Shown here in pieces: positions 13,358 to 21,438 of a stretch of 64,000 bases of DNA. The stretch lies in contig NC_134034.1 of assembly GCF_964204645.1 (NCBI RefSeq), positions 10,676,962 through 10,740,961 on the forward strand. The letters run 5' to 3'. This DNA comes from Tubulanus polymorphus. Taxonomy: Eukaryota > Animalia > Nemertea. Every line of letters starts with the position of its first letter. The stretch's first letter is position 1. A model generated the notes under the pieces. The model had not been told where the DNA came from and made no database searches. It saw only the letters and a list, made by a program, of their open reading frames with translations. The position numbers were made by a program, and so were the translations under genes.

Positions 13358-16300
13358 CTCATTAGAAAATGAGATTTGTACGGTTTTTGCTTCTATGGAT
13401 CAGGTGGAATTTTCACATCTTTTTCACATTCTTAAAAATTGGCATTTTTTTTCATGTAATTTTTTCCATCTAAGTACAATTACGCCGACGACAAGCTCTA
13501 CCACGCTACTTACGGTATTTACACTGGGGACCTCGGTAATCGGCCGTACAGGCACAAATATCCGGTTTCACGCAAGTTCCGCCATTTTCGCAGCTTGGAC
13601 TGCACACAGCTGAGTATAAGAGAAAAAATTCCGTTTAAGATATAATGTCGTCAGGAAAAGATCATTATTTTGTTGAATTGTTGAAGGTATTGAGAATGCG
13701 AAGGTAGTGACTAATCATAATTTTACTGAATTGTTGAAGTTATTGAGAATGAGAAGATAGTAACTAATCATAATTTTACTGAATTTTTGAAGTATATTGA
13801 GAATGCGAAGGTGGTAACTAATCATAATTTTACTGAATTGTTGAAGTTATTGAGAATGAGAAGGTAGTGACTAACCATAATTTTACTGAATTGTTGAAGT
13901 TATTGAGAATGAGAAGATAGTAACTAATCATAATTTTACTGAATTGTTGAAGTTATTGAGAATGCGAAGGTGGTAACTAATCATAATTTTACTGAATTGT
14001 TGAAGTTTATTGAGAATGAGAAGGTAGTGACTAATCATAATTTTACTGAATTGATGAAGTTATCTAGTATGAGAAGGTAGTAACTAATCATAATTTTACT
14101 GAATTGTTGAAGTTATTGAGAATGAGAAGGTAGTGACTAATCATAATTTTACTGAATTGTTGAAGTTATTGAGAATGGGAAAGTGATAACTAATCATAAT
14201 TTTATTGAATTCCTGCAGTAATTCAGAATTAACCGACTAACAGTGGAACTGGATCCCTGTGGAACTGTGGATGGAACCAGATCCCTGAATGTGGAACCGG
14301 ATCCGGGATATCGCTTTCGTTAAATATAGCCTTACGTTTGCAGGGTGGAAACTTTTCCGTTTCCAAATATTCTTGACATATAACCTCGATTTCTTTCGCG
14401 ATGCCAGCTGTAAATTTGTAACCATCTCGGCAGACGCCTTTGCAAGTGCTGCGCGAATTGAAAATAGAAATAATATGCCATTAAATCGCGATCTCATCGT
14501 TGACACGAATCGGTCACAGTATCAGCGATTAAACGATAAACATAAAATCACACGCTCATTGAAAGACTAAAAAAGTTTATTCAAATATACTAGAAATATT
14601 TCGGGGTGGTTCCTACCACATTTCATCAGTTTAGAAAAAAAAAAAAAATGAAGTTCAAATATTTCCAGTATTTCAAATAAACTTTTTAGTCTCGCAACAA
14701 TTTCATGATTCTACATTTATATTGTTGACATTTTCGCTCGATTTTTTTTCAAATATTCCAGCAGATATCTTACGCATATTTTGAAGTTCCTTCGCACGTT
14801 ATGAGGCCGTTGACGGGAGCAGTCACGTTTAGACAGTCGTTCGCTGAAATAGAAGTCATTTTCATCAATAATATTCAGGCCGGTGCCGAGCTTATTTGAG
14901 GGGGAGTTCTATTTCGAGAAAAAGGGACCCTTTTATTGTAAATAGGGGCACTTTCGTATTGAACAAGGAGGGTAGATCTTAAATACGAAATGACAGGGTA
15001 CCTGAATCATGGACTCTCCAAGCCTGAATAAATCATTTGAAAATGGATTACCTTTCATTTTCCAAAAAAAAAAAAATCAAAATTGAATCAAAATTTCCAA
15101 AAATCTTGACCCAAAGTTTTTGAAGGGCATTCTGAAATTCTAGGGGGTTCGTTTGCTATCCCCGAGCCCCCCCCTCGGCGCAGGCCTGGTTTTCGCGTTC
15201 TCTTCTACAAATGCGTTTAACGAGAAAATCACGTTTTCTTAAGCGAAAAAAAAGTCTTCTCAAACTTCTACTCACGCTCGGGAAAACCTTTTATCGGTGG
15301 CGGAGCTGAAAAATCGAAAATTTCAAAGAAATTTATTTCAGCTTTTACCATTTTTAATTCAAATCTTTACGAAAACTCTAAGCGCGTACTTACGAATCAT
15401 TGGCGAGGCCCTTTTTTGTCTGAAACGAAAAAAATGAAATTCCTAAAATATTTTTCGACGCGCCTTCTTAAGAAAAAAAAAGGAGCAACGCGGACATTTC
15501 TAGGACTCGAAGTGCAAAATATCAGGTGCCACTTGAGACGATGGTTTATTTGTCTTGATATGAATTTTGAAAACGTCTTCGCTTATCGCCGGGTTTTATC
15601 GCGGTGAGGACTTTTTGAGTAAACAGAACGTCGACGTATGTTGGTTAAGACTAAAACACGCGCGTAGGCGTCTATATGTATTAACGCCCTTTGTGTAATT
15701 AAAACATGACATTTCAAACACTCTCTTGTGACTATTTCAACGACGAGTTGAAAATTACTGAAATTGAGTTTCTGCAGACAAGTGTGTCTGTATTACAACT
15801 GCAGAAAATACCGTGATAAGAATGAAATTGCAAAAAGGTTTTGAAAATGGCTCATAGAATTGAGTCTAAACGTCACTACTCTCTTAGTTTTAAAAATGGC
15901 TCATAGAATTGAGTGTAAACGTCACTACTCTCTTAGTTTTAAAAATGGCTCATAGAATTGAGTCTAAACGTCACTACTCTCTTAGTTTTGAAAATGGCTC
16001 GTAGAATCGAGTCTAAACGTCACTACTCTCTTAGTTTTATAAATGGCTCATAGAATTGAGTCTAAACGTCACTACTCTCCTAGTTTTGAAAATGGCTCAT
16101 AGAATTGAGTCTAAACGTCACTACTCTCTTAGTTTTAAAAATGGCTCATAGAATTGAGTCTAAACGTCACTACTCTCCTAGTTTTGAAAATGGCTCATAG
16201 AATTGAGTCTAAACGTCACTACTCTCTTAGTTTTGAAAATGGCTCATAGAATTGAGTCTAAACGTCACTACTCTCTTAGTTTTAAAAATGGCTCATAGAA

Positions 16301-18847
16301 TTGAGTCTAAACGTCACTACTCTCTTAGTTTTAAAAATGGCTCATAGAATTGAGTCTAAACGTCACTACTCTCCTAGTTTTGAAAATGGCTCATAGAATT
16401 GAGTCTAAACGTCACTACTCTCTTAGTTTTGAAAATGGCTCATAGAATTGAGTCTAAACGTCACTACTCTCTTAGTTTTAAAAATGGCTCATAGAATTGA
16501 GTCTAAACGTCACTACTCTCTTAGTTTTGAAAATGGCTCATAGAATTGAGTCTAAACGTCACTACTCTCTTAGTTTTAAAAATGGCTCATAGAATTGAGT
16601 CTAAACGTCACTACTCTCTAAGTTTTTGAAAATGTCTCATAGAATTGAGTCTAAACTCTCTTAGTTTTTTAAAATGGCTCAAAGAATCGAGTCTAAACGT
16701 CACTACTCTCTTAGTTTTGAAAATGGCTCATAGAATTGAGTCTAAAAGTCACTACTGTCTTAGTTTCGAAAATGACTCATAGAATTGAGTCTAAATGTCA
16801 CTACTCCCTAAGTTATTGAAAATAGCTCATAGAATTGAGGCTAAATGTCGCTACTCTCTAAGTTTAATAGTTTTAACACGACTTTATTGTAATAGTCATC
16901 TTTCAGGAATATAGTCATCTTTCAGGAATACATTTCGAAGGTTTAAGATCCCCTTCGAAAATTCGAATTCTCTGAGTACGGCACGCTTTTCCGAAAGTTT
17001 AACTTCGACATCTACTAACAAAATATAGCAACCACAATTGCCACTGACGGCCTCGAAATCATATCTCGAAGTCAAGACGATAAAATATATTTCCCTAAAA
17101 ACATAACCATAAAATTCTTCTCCAATTCTTGTCATTCAGTTTATATCTCTAGATTAGTGTCATCGGCTATGAAATTTCCACTAATCAAGTATAATCTTTT
17201 TCATGCGGGGAGGTGGAGTTCAATTTCAGACACCATTCATAGTTTCGAAGAGATAATTTCGACCGATAAACGGAATTACGCGCATGGTTTAACGAGTATT
17301 TTATCTACTACGACCGTATATACTAGCACCTGTCGTTTATATAGTCGTTATCTCGACGAACGACGATTAAACCAGACCAAAAGTCGAATCGTAAAAATTT
17401 AAAAAGTTTCATGTTACACGTTCCTGATCGTGAAGTCAGAATGAAAATATAAAATACGAAACGTTTCCCAGAGCTGTTTGAACATGTTCCCGGTTTCCGA
17501 CCTCTAAAAAATGCTATCGGTAAAAAATTCAATATTTTCAGTAACGTGTCATTTAAATATGAAAGAAAATGTTCAAATTAATCAGTTATCAACAGTAAGA
17601 GCCTCAGTAACATATTTCATATTTCTGTTCAAATTTATCAGTAATCAACAGTAAGACCCTCAGTAACATCTTTCATATTTCTGTTCAAATTTATCAGTAA
17701 TCAACAGTAAGATCCTCAGTAACATGTTTCATATTTCTGTTCAAATTAATCAGTAATCAACAGTAAGACCCTCAGTAACATCTTTCATATTTCTGTTCAA
17801 ATTAATCAGTAATCAACAGTAAAACCCTCAGTAACATCTTTCATGTTTCTGTTCAAATTAATCAGTAATCAACAGTAAAACCCTCAGTAACATCGTTCAT
17901 ATTTCTGTTCAAATTTATCAGTAATCAACAGTAAGACCTTCAGTAACATCTTTCATATTTTTGTTCAAATTAATCAGTAATCAACAGTAAGACCCTCAGT
18001 AACATCTTTCATATTTCTGTTCAAATTAATCAGTAATCAACGGTAAGACCCTCAGTAACATCTTTCATATTTCTGTTCAAATTAATCAGTAATCAACAGT
18101 AAAACCCTCAGTAACATCTTTCATGTTTCTGTTCAAATTAATCAGTAATCAACAGTAAAACCCTCAGTAACATCGTTCATATTTCTGTTCAAATTTATCA
18201 GTAATCAACAGTAAGACCTTCAGTAACATCTTTCATATTTTTGTTCAAATTAATCAGTAATCAACAGTAAGACCCTCAGTAACATCTTTCATATTTCTGT
18301 TCAAATTAATCAGTAATCAACAGTAGGACCCTCAGTAATATCTTTCATATTTCTGTTCAATGACTTGTTACAACTAGGATCCACCATTGATAAGTCTTGA
18401 ACTAATGAGCAATTGAACCTTTTTTTTTAGGAAGAAGAGTGTTTAAATCAGACCAGGGTCATGGCCTTGCCTTGTCTTGCTTTGTCCCAGACATGCACGA
18501 TGTTTTCCCTAACTCGATCTGCTACGAAACCAATCAATAAACACAGTCAAATACGTAAAGACATAGACAAAAACTGTTTGATTATACATGCGATCCAGCA
18601 ATCTTAACAAATTTCCCTGACTTTCAGTTTTTTTTTTACAAAATTCCCCAAATATTCCCTAACTCTTTTTAAGGAAAGGAAATTTCCCAGATTTCCAGGT
18701 AAGCGGCCGCCACTCTGGCGATGACTCAAAGCCTCGAAACAAATAAATTCACACCTACCTGCCGGATACGCGCGCCGCTGCAAGCTCCGTCGACGACAAC
18801 GCGCAAAGAAAACCGGCGAGCAAAAAACTGGCAAATTTGACGTCCAT
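541..18847 (-). CDS. Hemocytin/hemolectin-like secreted VWD-C8-TIL (von Willebrand factor/mucin family) protein, 5' part; 22 coding exons, continues beyond position 1
   Basis: GT-AG exons join in phase into 1173 aa: MDVKFASFLLAGFLCALSSTELAAA signal, Sushi-EGF-Sushi, Thr-rich linker, three VWD (TFDG/GLCG motifs), C8, TIL, E/VWC modules. Confidence 0.9.
1456..1691 (-). CDS. Hemocytin-like exon, E'/VWD3 N-terminal half
   Basis: TCQNRNWNC...[25 protein letters not shown]...CVKSISVKT; gtaagt donor. Confidence 0.92.
1818..2111 (-). CDS. Hemocytin-like exon, TIL'/E'
   Basis: TCAIGKWQC...CPRNTHYVECKSKCPLTC...CPCTHDGKNY; gtgagt donor. Confidence 0.92.
2514..2876. repeat. 40-bp minisatellite, about 9 copies
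   Basis: ggtagagagtttgtaatctgtaaacctgatagaagcggcc. Confidence 0.9.
2930..3167 (-). CDS. Hemocytin-like exon, TIL2/E2
   Basis: LSCSSGQTYQVCGSSCRRTC...CPCLFDGKDFASGSVYQIDDRI; not in the ORF track frame. Confidence 0.9.
3557..3721 (-). CDS. Hemocytin-like exon, C8-2
   Basis: CWHVVDMTPYFKDCKADMCAC...YAAQCAKMGVFILWRNQVDKC. Confidence 0.92.
3801..4167. mobile_element. MITE with 12-bp TIR and 6-bp duplication
   Basis: aatatt|cagggatgaaaa...ttttcatccctg|aatatt. Confidence 0.75.
4286..4589 (-). CDS. Hemocytin-like exon, VWD2 C-terminal part/C8 start
   Basis: VRLPNGLRVMWNRRTTV...QGLCGTFNHNQNDDFLTP... Confidence 0.92.
5660..5755 (-). CDS. Hemocytin-like exon, VWD2 middle
   Basis: ITLGREKTYKTSMLPLVSDGRVIYEAAQNTIM, phase 0-0. 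Confidence 0.82.
5834..6589. mobile_element. CAGGGTGG-ended TIR element containing nested MITEs
   Basis: cagggtggtgcca...tggcgccaccctg; body matches 19064-19210. Confidence 0.65.
6250..6530. mobile_element. piggyBac-like MITE (281 bp)
   Basis: TTAA|ccctttcagtgc...gcactgaaaggg|TTAA. Confidence 0.88.
6627..6858 (-). CDS. Hemocytin-like exon, E1/VWD2 start (GDPH)
   Basis: VCNGGNFNC...[25 protein letters not shown]...CVKSVEIEFNGKK. Confidence 0.93.
7251..7388. mobile_element. PIF/Harbinger-like MITE family A (138 bp)
   Basis: CAG|gggccggttg...caactggcct|CAG; other copies near 5915, 11332, 12229, 12375, 20655, 50637, 52235, 52374. Confidence 0.8.
7455..7686 (-). CDS. Hemocytin-like exon, TIL1/E1
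   Basis: MNCPSGMVYKQCGTSCPKTC...CVDGCHCPDG...RDCNR. Confidence 0.93.
8249..8417 (-). CDS. Hemocytin-like exon, C8-1
   Basis: VVDSTPYFRACKTDYCSC...LAAYARVC...DWRTDKIC. Confidence 0.9.
8464..8822. repeat. 39-bp minisatellite (reverse orientation)
   Basis: tggatccagttccacagttgtgtgggtttaatttgactc. Confidence 0.85.
8864..8976 (-). CDS. Hemocytin-like exon, C8-1 start
   Basis: NCNNPTKPDADSKCSVEANDYCKSILLESDSFKSCHP; gtaagt donor. Confidence 0.88.
9694..9916 (-). CDS. Hemocytin-like exon, VWD1 C-terminal part
   Basis: VSKYIYVRL...RWDGNDAV...RTCGLCGNFNGIRGDDF. Confidence 0.92.
10257..10386 (-). CDS. Hemocytin-like exon, VWD1 middle
   Basis: DVIIRMSRIEVVLSS...QPVSLPFVKEGVMIDQ; gtgaga donor. Confidence 0.88.
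11008..11194 (-). CDS. Hemocytin-like exon, VWD1 start
   Basis: [34 protein letters not shown]. Confidence 0.92.
11294..11543. mobile_element. Harbinger-like MITE family C with nested family A copy
   Basis: CAG|gggccaggtttatag...ctataaattcgggcc|CAG. Confidence 0.7.
12040..12099 (-). CDS. Hemocytin-like exon, Thr/Pro-rich linker
   Basis: LPTTTTTISPTTTTPLITT, phase 1-1, tttcag/gtaagc. Confidence 0.85.
12155..12512. mobile_element. Stack of Harbinger-like MITEs (C containing A, then A)
   Basis: CTG duplications at 12226/12330; elements joined by a single CAG. Confidence 0.7.
12718..12894 (-). CDS. Hemocytin-like exon, Sushi/CCP-like module
   Basis: LSNCKKPDPPLLGAIQC...CEIFCPTG...CDLVGRWTP...HCKF. 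Confidence 0.88.
12991..13401. mobile_element. Inverted pair of Penelope-like pLTR fragments
   Basis: About 80-bp inverted arms; degenerate hammerhead atgaaga...gaaaacgtt near 13247-13281. Confidence 0.5.
13514..13609 (-). CDS. Hemocytin-like exon, EGF domain
   Basis: VCSPSCENGGTCVKPDICACTADYRGPQCKY. Confidence 0.92.
13663..14210. repeat. About 53-bp minisatellite
   Basis: gagaatgagaaggtagtaactaatcataattttactgaattgttgaagttatt; relatives at 9945-10140 and 11550-11900. Confidence 0.9.
14336..14448 (-). CDS. Hemocytin-like exon, Sushi second half
   Basis: TCKGVCRDGYKFTAG...EKFPPCK. Confidence 0.88.
14774..14843 (-). CDS. Hemocytin-like exon, Sushi first half
   Basis: NDCLNVTAPVNGLITCEGTSKY. 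Confidence 0.86.
14876..15188. mobile_element. hAT-like MITE
   Basis: caggccggtgccgag...ctcggcgcaggcctg TIRs; no clear duplication. Confidence 0.55.
15276..15305 (-). CDS. Hemocytin-like 30-nt microexon
   Basis: PPPIKGFPE; tttttcag/gtgagt, phase 1-1. Confidence 0.75.
15394..15419 (-). CDS. Hemocytin-like 26-nt microexon (completes RQKR)
   Basis: QKRASPMI; tttcag/gtaagt; needed to convert phase 2 to phase 1. Confidence 0.78.
15838..16865. repeat. 49-bp minisatellite, about 21 copies
   Basis: ttttgaaaatggctcatagaattgagtctaaacgtcactactctcttag. Confidence 0.93.
17570..18360. repeat. 56-bp minisatellite, about 14 copies
   Basis: tgttcaaattaatcagtaatcaacagtaagaccctcagtaacatctttcatatttc. Confidence 0.93.
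18759..18847 (-). CDS. Hemocytin-like first coding exon (signal peptide)
   Basis: ATG at 18847, MDVKFASFLLAGFLCALSSTELAAARVSG; gtaggt donor; exon extends as 5'UTR to an acceptor near 18925. Confidence 0.85.
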
Positions 18848-19640
18848 TCCGGGATAACTTCGCAGAAACAACGAGCGTAAAAAGATTCTCGGACGGTTGC
18901 GTCGACAGTTCGACACCGGAACGTCCTAGGAGAAAATCAAACATACAAATTTTACTTCTTACTTTAAGAAATGGATTTTTTTTTTCTCGAAAACTTTGAA
19001 AAGAAAATAAAATATTCGATTTAATCTTTTGCTGACACGATAAACGGAAGATCCAGTTTAACCAGGGTGGCCACGATCCGGCCATTTACAAATCCCCTCA
19101 GTTTTCGCTGATTTTTCCATGTCATCACACAACACAATTCGCCGAGTGAATCAGAGAAATATCTAGGTTTAAAATGATACAATTCATTCATTTCTAATTG
19201 AATCCCGTAATGACAAAGAAACATGTCGTCAACAGCATTATCTAAATTCCCTCAGTTTCAAGACTTTTACCCCCATACTGACAAAGAAACATGTGGTCAA
19301 CAGCGTTATCTAAATTCCCTCAGTTTCAAGACTTTTGGTAAAATTTGTCAAATTATTCCCAGAGTGAATGAAGAAATTCTAGGTTTAACAACGTTGAAAT
19401 TCATTCATCGGTCATGAATCACGTTTATACTGAAACACGTGGTCAATAACATTATCTAAATTCCCTAAGTTTTCCAGGTTTTTTTTAATAAGATTTTTTT
19501 CGAATTCCCTGATTATTCCGAGTTCCTGAGTTTACCAGGTTTTCCGAGTCGGTGTCGCCACCCCATTCAAGTAACGTTCGATACGTTACTTAAAACGTAA
19601 GAACCAATTTAACCGGGCGCGTATCGAAAAATCGTCTTAC

Positions 19641-19920
19641 CTTCTGAAAAATCCCGACTTTGCGCGAATCTTTTCGAGGCGCGACGACAAAATCAAGTCA
19701 GTCCGGCTTCACGATAAGACCGGCGTTCGAGGACTGATAAAATATATCGAACTTATTTTTTCACCTGGACGACTCGTAATCTTATCGCGGCATTGTCGAG
19801 TACCGAGTACTTATCTGAATACGTGCGGCGCTCCGGTCTTCTTCGCAAGCCGATGACTGCAGGCTAGTTAACTGTTATTGGTATTTCTTACCCGGGCAAA
19901 AGATAAATCTCCGAGAATAA
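19641..19920 (-). promoter_or_regulatory. Putative non-coding first exon (about 19641-19735) and core promoter with Inr and GATA sites
   Basis: aag|gtaaga donor at 19640; TCAGTC Inr at 19737-19732; several GATAA motifs between 19713 and 19905. Confidence 0.5.
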
Positions 19921-20754
19921 ATGTGTCGCCGGGTCAGCCCCCAAATATTTGCATAGTTAATATTTAAGTACTATCGTCGATCAATCGCGCTGTTATTTTC
20001 AGTCGTTAAATGCAAATATCGAGTGTTTCGATTAAAAAATATTTGCACTAAAACTAATAGAAAAATATCTGCTTATTAAATTTTTCGCACACTAAGGGCC
20101 CTAATCCATTTTTCATATTGAAGTCTCGTACAAGGGATATGGCAATTTTTGAAAAATAAATCCGCTTATAAATTTTTTCTAAACACTTAGGGGTTATAAA
20201 TGTTTCTGAACACTAAGGGGCCCTAATTTTTTTTTTTTTCAAATTGTTATAAATTGGGATAAAACAATAATTTAAAAAAATATTTATACTAAATTTTCTG
20301 TGCCCAGTCTCACAAAAATGATTAAGGCCTAAATCGACCTAAGATATACTGAATTAATGAAGAAATTAAATCGATTTAGGAGTTAAACCTTTTTTTTTCA
20401 AGAAACTGGGCCCTGTAACACTAAGGGGCCCTATTTTTTTCCAAATTGTAGTCCGATACATGGAACAGTTGCTGAAAGGTTGTTTAATGTGTTAATCGAG
20501 TGAAATACTTATCATATCATATCGTATCTTTATTGCAATCCAAAGGAGAGGAGGCTATCTAGGTTGCCTCTTTTTTTTCGCTTTCTTAACAACGCCAGAA
20601 GGGATAAATTTTGTCAAATCAAACATGGATTGAGTCACAGGGTCAACGGTGCTGGGGCCAGTTGAACAGTCGTGACTTAAGTCCGAAAGTGGTCTTAAAT
20701 CTTAAGACAGGTCATAAGCTGTTAGATTAGCTATAGAACTAAGTTGGTCTTTTA

Positions 20755-20974
20755 GGCTAAACAAAAATGATACCTTGTTTCTCCGCAGCGGCCGGGTCAT
20801 TTTTGTAAAATATGATAAAATTTATAAACAGTTCATTTCTATAGCGGCCAGGTCTGTTATGGTAAAATTGATCACAATTTTAAAAAAAATAATGTATAGG
20901 GTAGATAGGCGGCCGGCCGGGTCAACATTTAAGCTCAGCAGAGTGGAGAAACAAGGTATCAATTTTTTTTGGCC
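20755..20974. mobile_element. PIF/Harbinger MITE with TTA duplication, inserted in a family A MITE
   Basis: TTA|ggctaaacaaaaatgataccttgtttctcc...ggagaaacaaggtatca(t)nggcc|TTA. Confidence 0.8.
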
Positions 20975-21215
20975 TTAGACTGGTCTAAGTCGAAGCCATG
21001 ACTAATGAAAGGTTGTTTAATAATATCATCAGAGTACAGGGGTCAGTTACTGACAGACCTAGCAACAATGTATAGTTGCTAGGTCTTTCAGTAACTGAGT
21101 GTACACTCTATAGGAGTCAAAATACCTCGGTGCGGGAACAAGTACAGGCACCATCGGCGATAACTGAGTTCATCGAAACACCTCGCAATTTACGCCGTAA
21201 ACAATTCCGAACACA

Positions 21216-21221
21216 TTTATT
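21216..21221 (-). terminator. Putative MLH1 polyadenylation signal
   Basis: AATAAA on minus strand about 50 nt after the stop codon. Confidence 0.5.
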
Positions 21222-21270
21222 ATCAGATCGCAGAAAAATAGAGACAAAAATGAAAAAAAAACGAAGAATT

Positions 21271-21438
21271 TCAACAACGTTCGAAAACGCGATATAAATC
21301 GGGTAAATTAGCGATTTGTAAAACGCTCGAGTCGTCTGCGCAACGTCGCGGTGGTTGTAAAATAGATCGGAACGCCGGGAATATGACGTGCTCCACCGTC
21401 CAACGCCAGTCGTGAGAATCGACTTCATCTACTTCACA
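21271..21438 (-). CDS. MLH1: MLH1 terminal exon
   Basis: [20 protein letters not shown]...[16 protein letters not shown]. Confidence 0.95.
   Translation of the reverse strand, partial: CEVDEVDSHDWRWTVEHVIFPAFRSILQPPRRCADDSSVLQIANLPDLYRVFERC

Noticed and set aside
15838-18360. CRISPR-like appearance of regular arrays
   Set aside because: No unique spacers, no cas genes, intron-containing eukaryotic context.
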